From Thecamonas trahens ATCC 50062 (taxonomy: Eukaryota > Protista > Apusomonadida), in the NCBI RefSeq assembly GCF_000142905.1, contig NW_013657649.1, positions 248,001 through 312,000 on the forward strand: a stretch of 64,000 nucleotides of DNA. Direction: 5' to 3'. The notes beneath the pieces are model-generated. The model was not told where the DNA came from. It worked only from the letters and a program-made list of their open reading frames with translations, and ran no database searches. Shown here in pieces: positions 51,398-62,496 of this stretch (positions within the stretch are counted from its first letter, which is position 1; every line of letters starts with the position of its first letter). The position numbers and the translations under genes are program-made.

Positions 51398-54029
51398 CTA
51401 CGCATCACGGGTGGACGCCCGCCGAGTCGAATTCCCCTTATTCTTGACCTTCTTCTTGGACTTGTTCTTCTTCCGCTTCCGCTTGCTCTTCTCCTTCTTG
51501 CTCTCCTTCTTGCTCGCCTTCTTGCTCGCCTTCTTGCTCTCCTTCTTGCGCTTGCTCACAACCTTGGCCGGCTTGTCCAGCTGGGCCAGATCGTACATCG
51601 AGACGAGGTGTGCCTCAACAAAGCGGCCGTCGCGCGACCAAGGCCCGCGCGAGTGGGCCTCGACCCGAAAGGCGTACGCGTTGTCGCGGACGCTGTCGGC
51701 AAAGTGGGCGAGCGCACTGGCAACATCGCTCTCGTCGTCGGCGGGTGGGAGCTGCGGGAGGTGGATGGAACGCGGCATAAAGGCGAGGGCGGCAGCAAGG
51801 AGCTTGACGTCAAAGCCGTCGCCATCGACAAGCTTGGCCTCGCTCGAGACGCGCGGCACGATCGCAACATCAATGAGTGCAGACCGGTTGAGGTCAACAA
51901 CAGTGAGCTCGACGTACGGCATGTGCGGCAAGTTCGGCGAGTTGACATGGACTGATGAGGCCTGGTGTGGCAGGCCGGCGTCAAACGCCTCGGCGTCGAG
52001 CACGATCTGGACGCCAACGCTCTCGGCGGCGGCATCGTCGTCGTCGTCGCTTGTGCCACGCCGCGACACCGACGCCGACGCCGACTTGCGCAATGTCTTG
52101 CGCCGCGACTTGGGCGCGGCGAGCTCGGCGAGCGACGGCATGTCAACCATGCTCGGGTTGCGAATCCGGATTCGCGCCACCCGGCCCTGTAGCACCACCG
52201 TAGTCCGCTCATGGACCGGCAGCGTCGGCAGGGCGCTGGAGACGAGTACCTGCAGCGGCACCGCCTGGGCCTCGGGCACCAGCCGCTGGAACATCGAGTA
52301 TGAGGGGAGATGCGGGACGACGGGATTGCAGCCGAGCGAGAGCTCGGCCATCATGTTGGCCCGCAACCCGCGCTCGAGCGCAAACAGCCTCGCCAGCCCT
52401 GGGTACCGCGAAATCGAGTACGGAATGGTCTGCGAGCCGATGCCGTCCGAGTAGTACTGCGAGAACGAGGTGCCGTACGGAACCAGCAGCCGCCCATCGT
52501 CCGACGACGGTATGACCGAGCTGACCACCACCGAGGTCGCCAGCAGCGCGTCACCCTGTGCGATGCTGTCAAACAGCTCCTCGGCGCCGGCGCGGTACAT
52601 CTTGAGCGTCACCAGCTGGGCCTCGCCCTCGGACAGTTCGACGTAGCGGAAGAGCGATCGCGACGGTGCCGACCCGTGGCGGGCAGCAGACCTGGGCGAC
52701 GACACGTAGACCACAATGCCGGCAATGTCGACCCGCACGCCGTCGGGCACGTGCAGCAGTGCACGGAGCGGGATGTAGTCCAGGACCGGCCGCGGGAGCG
52801 CAAGCGACGGTGCCGCACCCGGTGGAATCCGCCGCACAGACGCCGCTGGGTGGGTGATGTTGAGCGAGAGCTCCCACAGATCACGGTAGTTGTACGACTT
52901 TTTCGACCGGTACCCGGTGACCACCACAAGGTCGCCGACAGCAAGGTCGGCGTACAACTCACGGCACGCCTCCTGCCACACCACAGCCTCGATCCGATAC
53001 GTCAGGTCCTCAAGCACAAATGAGAACTTGAACGGGACCCGCGCCGACGAGCTCGGCCCACCGTAGTACTGAAGCACTTGCTTGCCTGTCACCTTGCCCA
53101 GCAGCGGAGAGCTGCCGACCTTGTTCGACTTGAAGCTGGTGACAGCCTCGGCGAGCGACGGCAGCGGCGTCGCCGCAATCTCGGCCTCGAACGCTGCCAC
53201 CTCGTCTGCGCTCATGTCCAGCGCCCCACTCGCCTGCCACTCTGGTCCAGGCGGGAGCGAGTGGTCGTCATCCAAGTTGAGATATGTGGAGCGGACCTGC
53301 GTCAGCGGAGCAAAGGCCTGCTCGGCCTCGCTCGCCTTGCTCGAGTACACCAGTGGCACGAGAGGATTCACCAAGATCTCGCCCACCGGCCACTCGTCCG
53401 ACAGCGGTGAGACCCGCAGGTTGAGTCCATGTAGAACGAGGAAGCCCGGGCCGCCGACCCTCGTCTCATCGTACCGCACCCGGAGCTCGGTGACCTCGAC
53501 AACGGCCCCGCGCACCAACTTGCCGCTCTCCACCAGCTTCCCAAGCACAGGTGCCAGCACCACCTTGGTCTGCACATCCAGCCCCCACCCCCCCACCTCC
53601 CGCATGCGTGAGTCTACCCGCATGCTCCCCCATCCCCCCCCCCCTTTCCAGCCGTCATGAAAGCGCGCCAGTTTTCGCGCCAGTTTTCAGCCCGCCCTCC
53701 CCCACCAACCCACCCACCCACCTCACGGTGCCCCCCTCCAAGCACCACCACCACCGTACCATATGTGATCCATCCGAGAGGACAATGTCGTATGCGTAAG
53801 GAGCGGCCGGAGGCATGACAGCGCCGACGACGGTGCCGTACTCTGCAGTGGGGGCGAACTTGTAGACGGCGGCCACCTGGACGACCACAGGGGCGGTATT
53901 GCTCTCATCATCAACCACAAGCGACCTTCCCGAGAGCAGCACCTTGTCCACCGCATCCTTACTCAGCACAGAAGCACTCTGCTCTGCCTGCACTGCTTTC
54001 GCACTTGCACGCCGCCGCTTCCCTGCCAT
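51398..54029 (-). CDS. RADX: RADX-like (RPA-related) multi-OB-fold ssDNA-binding protein; exons 54029-53760, 53569-51398
   Basis: A 190-nt GTACGG..GCAG intron joins 'YDIVLSDGSHM|TKVVLAPVLGKLV'. Further motifs: 'YDETRVG', 'LQYYG', 'VVWQEAC.ELY..L.VG.LVVV.GY..KKSY', 'ELSLN..HP', 'DIAGIVVYV'. Confidence 0.8.
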
Positions 54030-54737
54030 GCCAAGTCGGCCCGCACGAGAGGTGTGTGTGTCCGTACCCGTTCCCATGTCCGCAGCCTGGCCGTCGCCCG
54101 CCCGCCCGCCCGCCCGGCCCCCCACCCCTCCGCCCCTCCGCCNNNNNNNNNNNNNNNNNNNNNNNNNNNNNNNNNNNNNNNNNNNNNNNNNNNNNNNNNN
54201 NNNNNNNNNNNNNNNNNNNNNNNNNNNNNNNNNNNNNNNNNNNNNNNNNNNNNNNNNNNNNNNNNNNNNNNNNNNNNNNNNNNNNNNNNNNNNNNNNNNN
54301 NNNNNNNNNNNNNNNNNNNNNNNNNNNNNNNNNNNNNNNNNNNNNNNNNNNNNNNNNNNNNNNNNNNNNNNNNNNNNNNNNNNNNNNNNNNNNNNNNNNN
54401 NNNNNNNNNNNNNNNNNNNNNNNNNNNNNNNNNNNNNNNNNNNNNNNNNNNNNNNNNNNNNNNNNNNNNNNNNNNNNNNNNNNNNNNNNNNNNNNNNNNN
54501 NNNNNNNNNNNNNNNNNNNNNNNNNNNNNNNNNNNNNNNNNNNNNNNNNNNNNNNNNNNNNNNNNNNNNNNNNNNNNNNNNNNNNNNNNNNNNNNNNNNN
54601 NNNNNNNNNNNNNNNNNNNNNNNNNNNNNNNNNNNNNNNNNNNNNNNNNNNCGCCCCTCCGCCGCCCGCCACCCACCCGTCGCTCACTCACCCACAAACC
54701 ACGACCTTTTTTCGGACCTCTCCCCCACCGCCACCTG

Positions 54738-54839
54738 CCTCACCCACACCAACACCCACACCCACACCCACACCCACACCCACACCCACACCCACACCCA
54801 CACCCACACCCACACCCACACCCACACCCACACCCACAC
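54738..54839. repeat. (CACACC)n hexamer microsatellite upstream of the UBE2T ATG
   Basis: About 16 tandem copies. Confidence 0.92.
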
Positions 54840-54847
54840 TCGTCACA

Positions 54848-55615
54848 ATGGCTGCAGCCGAGACAAGACTGGTGCGACGACTTGCGCGAGAGCTGCAGCT
54901 GATGCAGGACGACCCGCCGTATGGAGTTGGAGCGTGGCTTGTGCGCGAGGGCGCTCTGCGCGAGTGGGAGGGCGTTCTGGACGGGCCGGAGGAGACGCCA
55001 TACGCGGGCGGCGCCTTCAAGGTCGCCATCACTGTGCCGGACGGCTACCCGCTCACACCGCCGGTTGTCCGCTTTGTCACCCCAGTCTACCACCCGAACA
55101 TCGACTCGGCCGGGCGTATCTGCCTCGACACGCTCAAGATGCCGCCCAAGGGCGCCTGGCTTCCCTCGCTCAACATCCCCACCCTCCTCACCATGATCCG
55201 CCAGCTGCTCGCCCAGCCGAACCCGGACGACGGCCTCATGGTCGACATCACCGCACAGTACACCGACTCCCGCCCGGCCTTTGACGCTGCAGCCCGCGCC
55301 CACACCCTCAAGCACGCTCTGCCCGATCCGGCTCCGGCTCCGACTCTACCGGCCGCGTCCCCGCCTCCGTCGACTCCTGCCGCCAAAGCACCTCCTCCTG
55401 CCACGTCCTCGCCTCCACCCGCTCCTGCCCCGGTGGCACCGATCGCGCGCCCGTCCGCGAGCCCCTCCGTCACCACCGTCGTCAGCATGCTTGCCCCTGT
55501 CGGCGGCGCGTCGTCAGGCGACTCTTCCATCGACTCGTCCGCCGACTCGGACGATGATGACGCCTGCTCCAACGAGCCGCCAGCCAAGCGGCACAAGCCG
55601 CTATCGAGCACATGA
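54848..55615 (+). CDS. UBE2T: Ubiquitin-conjugating enzyme E2 T (Fanconi pathway)
   Basis: 'YHPNIDSAGRICLDTLKMPPKGAWLPSLNI..L..PNPDD.LM.DI' includes the PPKGAW insertion typical of UBE2T; C-terminal disordered tail with 'PPAKRHK'. Confidence 0.9.
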   Translation: MAAAETRLVRRLARELQLMQDDPPYGVGAWLVREGALREWEGVLDGPEETPYAGGAFKVAITVPDGYPLTPPVVRFVTPVYHPNIDSAGRICLDTLKMPPKGAWLPSLNIPTLLTMIRQLLAQPNPDDGLMVDITAQYTDSRPAFDAAARAHTLKHALPDPAPAPTLPAASPPPSTPAAKAPPPATSSPPPAPAPVAPIARPSASPSVTTVVSMLAPVGGASSGDSSIDSSADSDDDDACSNEPPAKRHKPLSST

Positions 55616-55893
55616 ACTGTGCCTCCCCTCGCCCTCACCCTCACCCATCGCCCCATCGCCCCATCGCCCCATCGCCCCGTTGCCCCAACACGCCACTACC
55701 TCGCCAGTAGCCAGTTCCAATTACCCACCCACAGACTGCAGGTCACATTTAGCTCCCTCGCCCTCGCCTACGCCCACGCCCACGCCCACGCCCACGCCCA
55801 CCTACACACCACTCGCCCCAATACCCTCGCCCACTCACACACATACATACATCCACATACATACATCTACCCCTCCATCCTGCCCCTTACCCA

Positions 55894-57635
55894 ATGGTAC
55901 GCACACACACACACACGCACCACCCTCCCCCCCCCCCCCCNNNNNNNNNNNNNNNNNNNNNNNNNNNNNNNNNNNNNNNNNNNNNNNNNNNNNNNNNNNN
56001 NNNNNNNNNNNNNNNNNNNNNNNNNNNNNNNNNNNNNNNNCCACCCACCCACCCACCCACCCCGCTCCTACCCAAACTCACCCCCACCCCCCACCCCCGC
56101 TCCCCAAGGCCAACCCGCCACCGCGCTCGGTGTCCATGACCTTTGGCGAGGTAAAGGTGCCAGACACCTCCCGCCCCCGCGTCCCGCAGCGGTCAAGCAC
56201 CTCAGGCTCGCTCCTTACCCGCCTGTTTGCCAAGGCCAAGTCAACCTTCCACTCGCCGCCGGCAGGTGACGTCGGCTCGGACGACGAGCCGGCATCGCTC
56301 ACATCGGCCTCGCCGCCTCTTGCTGCCTCGGCCTTGGCCTCGGCCTCGGTTCCAGTGCTGGAGTCAGACTCGCTGGCGGTCCTCCCCAGCGCACCGCCGC
56401 TTGCCGGGCGGAGCAAGGCACGCGAGTCCAAGTTTAGCGGGCTCGACGAGGCCGATCAGGTGGCGGACGAGTTTCTGCGGACGACGTGCTGGTCGGGCAT
56501 TCCGCCGTCGGCCCGCCCGCTCTGCTGGCGCATGCTCCTGGGCGTGGCGCCGCTCAAGGCCTCGCGCCGCGCCGGCGTCCTCGCCCGCAAGCACGCCGAG
56601 TACGCGGCGATGGCGAGCGGGATGGCGAGCGAGGCCGACGAGTTGGCGTCCAAGTATGAGCGCGGCTTGCTGAACCAGATCCACATTGACGTCCTTCGCA
56701 TGGCGCCGTTCATGCCGCTGCTTGTCGCGCCGCAGGTCCAGGCCGCGCTCCAGCGGCTGCTCTTTCTCTGGTCGCTCCGCCACCCTGGCTCTGGCTATGT
56801 GCAGGGCATCAACGACCTCGCCCTCCCATTCTTCATTGTCTTTCTCCGCGGCGCCCTCTTGCCCGAGGCCTTTGACGCCCTTGGTGCGTGGTTGCCGACC
56901 CGGGTCGAAGCCGGTGACTTTACCGCCGCCGCCGCCCTCGCCGACCTCCCGCCTGTGCTCGCCGCACAGGGCGAGCCCGCCCTCGACGCGACTGACGCGC
57001 AGGGCGAGGCTTCGGAGCACGACACGCTGATGTTTGCAGTGGCGGCAGCGTCGCCCGAGGCGCAAGCTTTCGCGGCGCTCCTTCCTGACGACGCCTCGCT
57101 CCTGAGCGCCGAGGCCGACACTTACTGGTGCCTCACTGCACTCCTCGATTCAATCCATGACAACTACATCCAGAACCAGCCGGGCATTCAGCGGATGCTC
57201 AAGCAGCTCGAGCTCCTGGTTGGGCTGATGGCGCCGGACCTGGCAAGTCTCCTCGCCGAGTACTCGATCGAGTACATCCAGTTTGCCTTCCGCTGGATGA
57301 ACTGCCTGCTTATGCGCGAGCTCTCGGCCCACCTTGTGGCGCGGCTCTTCGACACCTACCTCGCCGAGGGCGCCTTTGCCAAGTTCCATGTCTTTGTCTG
57401 CGCCGCGCTCCTCGTCTCGTTTAAGGCCGACTTGATGGCGCTCGCCACGCTTCTCCGCGAGCAGCCCGGCGCCGATCCGGACGGCGCCCACCACGACGTC
57501 TTCCAGGCCCTGCTCTCGTTCTTGCAAGACTTGCCCACCGCAAAGTGGACCGAGGAGAACGTCGAGGTCCTCCTCGCCGAGGCCTACGTTGCCCGCGAGC
57601 TCTACCTCGAAGTTCTCGACCGCGACGTCCGCTAG
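55894..57635 (+). CDS. TBC-domain Rab GAP (Gyp1/TBC1D22-like); probable exons 55894-55896 (ATG) and 56109-57635
   Basis: 'WSGIP..RP.CW..LLG', R-finger 'QIHIDVLR', Q-finger 'SGYVQGINDL..PF', 'EADTYWCL..LLD.I.DNY..QPGIQ', 'QFAFRWMNCLLMRE'. ATG|GTACGC..AAG intron spans a gap; alternative ATG at 56136. Confidence 0.9.
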
Positions 57636-60346
57636 CGCCGGTACAGCCGCCGAATAAGCTGCTCCGACGTGAGTCCCTCAAACGAGTCCCACCCGCCGAG
57701 GTCCGAAATTCGCTGGATGAGGCCCTCGATCATGAGCGCCCGCCCCTTGGCGTCGACGTACGGCGGAAAGGCGGGGAGCCCGGCCTCGAGCCAGATTCTC
57801 AAGTAGAAGAGGCACTGCCGGACCCGCTCGCCCTTGGCAGACTCGCGCTCAATGACGTCGAGGTTGCCAAAGAGCGACTCGGCAACCGCAATGACAATGA
57901 TCTTGATCACCTTATCGTGGTTGGTGGCAGAGCTCGGAATTCTCTCCTTGTACACCTCGATCTGCGCCTGCGACGGCATACGCGACAGACACTGCGTCTC
58001 ATCCCAGTATCCGACCGCGTACCGAGCAATCTGGAGGACGACAGAGCGCGGGAGTCGGGCAAGGTGCTTAAACCAGGTGAACAGCGAGCCGCCGTCCGCC
58101 GTTGTGCCCGCACGCTCGCCGGCCGACGCAGTTGCGACAAGGCCTGCCCCCGCACCCGTGGCACCCGCCGGAGAGCCCGAGCCGCTCCGCTGGCGCAACA
58201 GCGAGCTGTCACTGCCCACGGCGGGCGGCGGAGTTGCCGTCGTGCTCGGCGGCTCGTTGCTCGTGTCCATGTCACCCACGTCTGCGTCCGAGTACGGCAG
58301 CATGGCAGCCAGCCCCTCGCCCGACATCATGGAGAGCCCGGTTGCCGACGTCGAGAGATTGAGCAGCGATCCGTCGGAGGAGTGCGCGCCGCCGCCCGAG
58401 TACGCCCCGCCCCCGTCCGAGTGCGCACCCTGGCCCTCGTCGCGCGACAAGAGCTGCAGCGCAAGGTGGTACCGGTGAGGGGCAAAGACTTGCGGAACAA
58501 GGACCGGTCGATAGACCCGCCGCCGCGGCCCGCGGGCCTTGGACGGCGAGCCGTGGGCCCGGCTCCGGGTCGGCGACGGCGACGGTCGCGGCGACGCTGT
58601 CGGCGTCGTCCGCGTCTTGCGCGGTGTGCCAGCTCCCGGCTCGTCACCGCTCAGGCCGCCCGAGCTCGTGCTAGCGCTCACCAGATCGACCGGCGCCAAG
58701 GCGTGCAACTGCTGGTCGGCCACGCGGAGCAGGGTGACGTACAACTCTGCCACGTCGCCGGAGCGGTCGGTGAGGATGAACGACGAGTTTCCGCCGGCCG
58801 CAACAGCAAGAATCCGCTGGCCACGGATGGGTCCGGCAAGCTCGGCAGGCTCGAGCTGGACCTGGCCCTCGACTGAGCCGCCGGCAAACCCGAGCTGGCC
58901 AAACGAGGCATTGCCAAAGGCGTAGACAACAGGTAGCGGGTGCGGCCCAGCTGACCGCGGATAGCCGAGCACAAGCGAGTGCGCCGAGCCGGCAGCAACC
59001 TGGGTCACAAACACATGGTCGAGCGACCGGACCCGCCGCGGGGTAAACGTCGCCGACGCCCACGGCAGGCCGAGCTGCCCGGCATTCCCGCCGCCAAACG
59101 CGTAGACGTGGCCGCTAGCGGTGGCCACAAGCGTGTGGCCCGACTCGAGTGACGCGCCGGCCGCCACGCTCGCCACCGGCTCTGGCACCGCGCTAAGGAG
59201 CGTGAACGAGTTGCGCTGGACGTGGGTCGGCCCAAGGCCAAGCTCGCCGTGCACATTCGAGCCGGCCACAAACAGCCGGCCGTCGGCAGCGACTGCCAGC
59301 GAATGGTACTTGGACGCTACCAGCCGGTAGACGCCCACCGAGATGAGCGGGCCAGTCCGCACCAGCTTTGGCTCGAGCAGCGTCTTCTCGTTGCCGTGCC
59401 CGAGCTTGCCGTGCTTGCCCGAGCCAAAGGTGTAGAGGTCACCAGTCACCGATGCCACCATCGAGTGGTACGGGCCGGCCGAGATGGCAACGACGTGCAC
59501 GTCGTCCAGCAGGCCACACACCCGCCGCGGCGTCGGCTCGCTCTCCTCGCTCCCGTGCCCGAGCTTCCCGTACCGCCCATCCCCGAAAGAGTACACCGCG
59601 CCCGAAGCTGTTAGCAGCAACGTGTGCGCCGTTCCTGTCGCCACCTGCACCACTTGCTCGTCTGTAGGCAGCGCCAGCCGGATCGGCGTCGTCACGTACG
59701 GCGACGACTCTACGCCCGGCCCGTCCGACCGCAGCGACATCAGCGTCCGGGTCAGCCCATAGCCTTCACTCTCACCGTCGGCACCGCATCCGAGCTCACC
59801 GAGCCGGCTCGCCGCCGAAGAGCCCATGCCATACACCACCAGCGGCGGAAGCGCCGCCAGCCGTCGCATGTGGTGCGCCGCCAGCTCGTCCTCGGACGGC
59901 CCGGGCGCCGCGCACTCGCTAGCCTCCTCCCCCGCCGTTGGCGCAGCCTCGGCAGGCACCACCCCGCACTCACCGTCATCATCGCCGTCCCTGCCCTTGC
60001 TTCGGCCACCGTGTTGGGCGCCAACACCGTCGTCGCCCGGAGCCTTTTCGCCCTCCGGCGCGTCCCTGCCCTCGCCGGCCGCGCCGTCGACAGCAGGCAG
60101 TAGCTGGGCAGCCGTGGATTCGGGCCAGGGGAAGCCAGGGACGTCCACCTCTGTATTCGGTAGCAATGCAGTCTCCGGGTGTGCCAGGGCGGTAACGACC
60201 GTGTGGGCAGGACCAGCCGCCACGCCCGTCAGTGGTGCCGAGGCCAGGAGGACAACAGGGGTAGGAGTGGCCAAGCCCGTCAGCGCCTCGTTGCCACACC
60301 CAAGCTGACCACACCGTCCGTCTCCAAACGCATACAGCGTCGTCAT
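57632..60346 (-). CDS. RCC1-repeat (beta-propeller) protein
   Basis: Repeated 'VYSFGDGRYGKLGHG', 'LYTFGSGKHGKLGHG', 'VAAG..HSL' units. Confidence 0.88.
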   Translation of the reverse strand: MTTLYAFGDGRCGQLGCGNEALTGLATPTPVVLLASAPLTGVAAGPAHTVVTALAHPETALLPNTEVDVPGFPWPESTAAQLLPAVDGAAGEGRDAPEGEKAPGDDGVGAQHGGRSKGRDGDDDGECGVVPAEAAPTAGEEASECAAPGPSEDELAAHHMRRLAALPPLVVYGMGSSAASRLGELGCGADGESEGYGLTRTLMSLRSDGPGVESSPYVTTPIRLALPTDEQVVQVATGTAHTLLLTASGAVYSFGDGRYGKLGHGSEESEPTPRRVCGLLDDVHVVAISAGPYHSMVASVTGDLYTFGSGKHGKLGHGNEKTLLEPKLVRTGPLISVGVYRLVASKYHSLAVAADGRLFVAGSNVHGELGLGPTHVQRNSFTLLSAVPEPVASVAAGASLESGHTLVATASGHVYAFGGGNAGQLGLPWASATFTPRRVRSLDHVFVTQVAAGSAHSLVLGYPRSAGPHPLPVVYAFGNASFGQLGFAGGSVEGQVQLEPAELAGPIRGQRILAVAAGGNSSFILTDRSGDVAELYVTLLRVADQQLHALAPVDLVSASTSSGGLSGDEPGAGTPRKTRTTPTASPRPSPSPTRSRAHGSPSKARGPRRRVYRPVLVPQVFAPHRYHLALQLLSRDEGQGAHSDGGGAYSGGGAHSSDGSLLNLSTSATGLSMMSGEGLAAMLPYSDADVGDMDTSNEPPSTTATPPPAVGSDSSLLRQRSGSGSPAGATGAGAGLVATASAGERAGTTADGGSLFTWFKHLARLPRSVVLQIARYAVGYWDETQCLSRMPSQAQIEVYKERIPSSATNHDKVIKIIVIAVAESLFGNLDVIERESAKGERVRQCLFYLRIWLEAGLPAFPPYVDAKGRALMIEGLIQRISDLGGWDSFEGLTSEQLIRRLYRR

Positions 60347-60684
60347 CTCCACCCTCCCCACGAACCGACCGGTATCGGTCCGAGTCGGGTGTTCCGTCAC
60401 TTGGCTGCCTTTGACCGAGGGGGGGGTGGGAGGTGGGGAGGGGCGGGGGGAAGGCGGAGCGGGACGGAGGCGGTGATCGAGTGTGGCTTGCTGGTCTGCG
60501 GGTGCTGATCGCGATCACGACCTTTTTTCAGCAGCTCCTTGCCTGCCTCTTGCCTGCCTCTTTCCAGACCCTCGCCCGACCTACGACAAGTGGACAAGGT
60601 GTGGAGGTATGGTTGCATGCTGATGGCTTTCATGGGCTCCGGTAGCGCGGAGGCTAGGCCAGCAGCAGGAGGCCGAGAGTTCGA

Positions 60685-60800
60685 GCCAGACTCGCGCCAG
60701 ACATGCGCCAGACTCGCGCCAAACTCGCGCCCTAAGCGATTGTGATGGCGCAGCTCGGAGGACCGGGCACCGGCACCGGGCACCGGCACCGGGCACGGGC
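60685..60800. repeat. Short tandem repeats in the divergent RCC1/TTLL1 intergenic region
   Basis: About four copies of GCCAGACTCGC (11 bp), then (GGCACC/GGGCAC)n. Confidence 0.7.
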
Positions 60801-60944
60801 ACGGCGGCCAGCGGTCACGGACACCACGGACAGTCACTTGACGCCAAAGGCCTAGCCAGCCAAGCAAGGACTCCGTAGAGCTCGTGGTTGTGGAGAGCCA
60901 AGCCGTTGTGGTTGCAGTGTGGCTGTGGGCTGGGCAGGAGCGGC

Positions 60945-62464
60945 ATGGACTCGCGGGTTCGGTGCAAGGTCGACCATGCCAAGGAGGTCATCGTGACCAA
61001 CTTTCGCAAGCGGCGGTGGGTCATTGTGGATGACGATGGTACGGGCGGATGGAGAGATGCGGGAGGGAGGGAGAGGGGGGAGCGACGCATACTCACGTGG
61101 TTGTGATCGGCGCTTGGATGTATCGATTCTGTGGTAATGATCTGGATGCTGGCCAACTCGTTGCTCCCCCCTGCTGGCTCTCTCGCTTGCTTGCCACGAT
61201 CGCACGGTTGCTGCCTGCAGACGACACATGGCACTTTTACTGGGGCACGGGATCAGCGGCGCGCAACACGTTCAATCCCGAGATCGGGTTCCGGCTGGCC
61301 GACAATCAATTCATCAACCACTTTCCAAACCACTTTGAGCTGACCAAGAAGGACCTGATGGTGAAGAACATCAAACGGTACCGGAAGGAGCTGGCCAAGG
61401 AGGGCCGCATGGCCGAGTACGAGGCAAGCGACTTTCTGCCGACGACCTACACGCTCCCGGCCGACTACCACCTGTTCATCGAAGAGTACAAGCGCCGGCC
61501 GGCAACGTCATGGATTGTCAAGCCGGCCGGTGGCTCGCTTGGCTCGGGCATTTTTATCATGAAAAAGCTCTCGCAGCTGCGCAAGTGGAAGGCGCAAAAG
61601 CAGGCGGCCGGCTCGTCGGTCAAATGGGTTGTCTCGCAGTACATTGACAACCCGCTGCTCATCGGCGGGCGCAAGTTTGACCTCCGCATCTACTTTCTGG
61701 TGCTCTCGTACCGCCCGCTGAGGGTGTACATGCACTCGATGGGCTTTGCTCGGTTCTGCACCGCCAAGTACGACACCGAGGTTCTCGATCCCGAGGACCT
61801 AATGCAACACCTGACCAATGTCGCCATCCAAAAGCACGGTGACGAGTACAACTCGGCCCACGGCGGCAAGTTCTCGCTGCAGAATCTTCGCCTCTTTGTT
61901 GAAGGCACCCACGGGCGCGCTGCCGCCCGCAAGCTCTTTGCCGACATCAAGGCCATTGCCTTTCACGCCTTTTCCGCCGTCAAAAACGTCATCAACTCGG
62001 ACCGCCACTGCTTCGAGTGCTACGGCTACGACGTGCTCGTCGACGACACCCTCAAGCCGTGGCTCGTCGAGGTCAACGCCTCGCCGTCGATGTCGGCCAC
62101 AACCCAGACCGACCGGACCGTCAAGCACACCGTCATCAACGACGTCATCAACATGGTCCTCCCCGCAGGCTTTCCCGACCTTGCCGCTTGCAAGCTTGGC
62201 GTCGGCTCCAACCTCGACGCGCCCATGGGTGGTTTTGAGCTCGTTGTTGATGAGCTCAAGGACGCCGCCCGCCCGGGCAGTGCCTCGCCGCGCCCGCCGC
62301 CCTCGTCCGCCGCCGCTAGCACCCGTGTCCGTCGCGCCCGCGCTCGCTCGCGAACTCGCGGATCCACAGCCGGCCGCCCTAGTAGCGCAGCCGGCACTCG
62401 GACGCCGCGGTCGCGCCCGGCCTCGCGGACCTCGTCGTCCCGCCCGGCCTCTCGCCGGCGGTGA
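60945..62464 (+). CDS. TTLL1: Tubulin polyglutamylase TTLL1; exons 60945-61038, 61221-62464
   Basis: GTACGG..GCAG intron in frame. 'INHFPNHFELTKKDLMVKNIKRYRKEL', 'WIVKP', 'YIDNPLLIGGRKFDLRIY', 'HLTNVAIQK', 'HCFECYGYDVLVD..LKPWLVEVNASPS'. Confidence 0.93.
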
Positions 62465-62496
62465 CATCCACGCCACGCGCCGCAACGACTCGGGTA

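Noticed and set aside
53673-53680. E2F site as a stand-alone regulatory feature
   Set aside because: An 8-mer of this kind is expected several times by chance in 64 kb of GC-rich DNA; kept only as context.
54738-54839. (CACACC)n as a telomere-like repeat or a coding PT repeat
   Set aside because: Not TTAGGG-type, internal, and upstream of the likely UBE2T ATG; an ordinary microsatellite.
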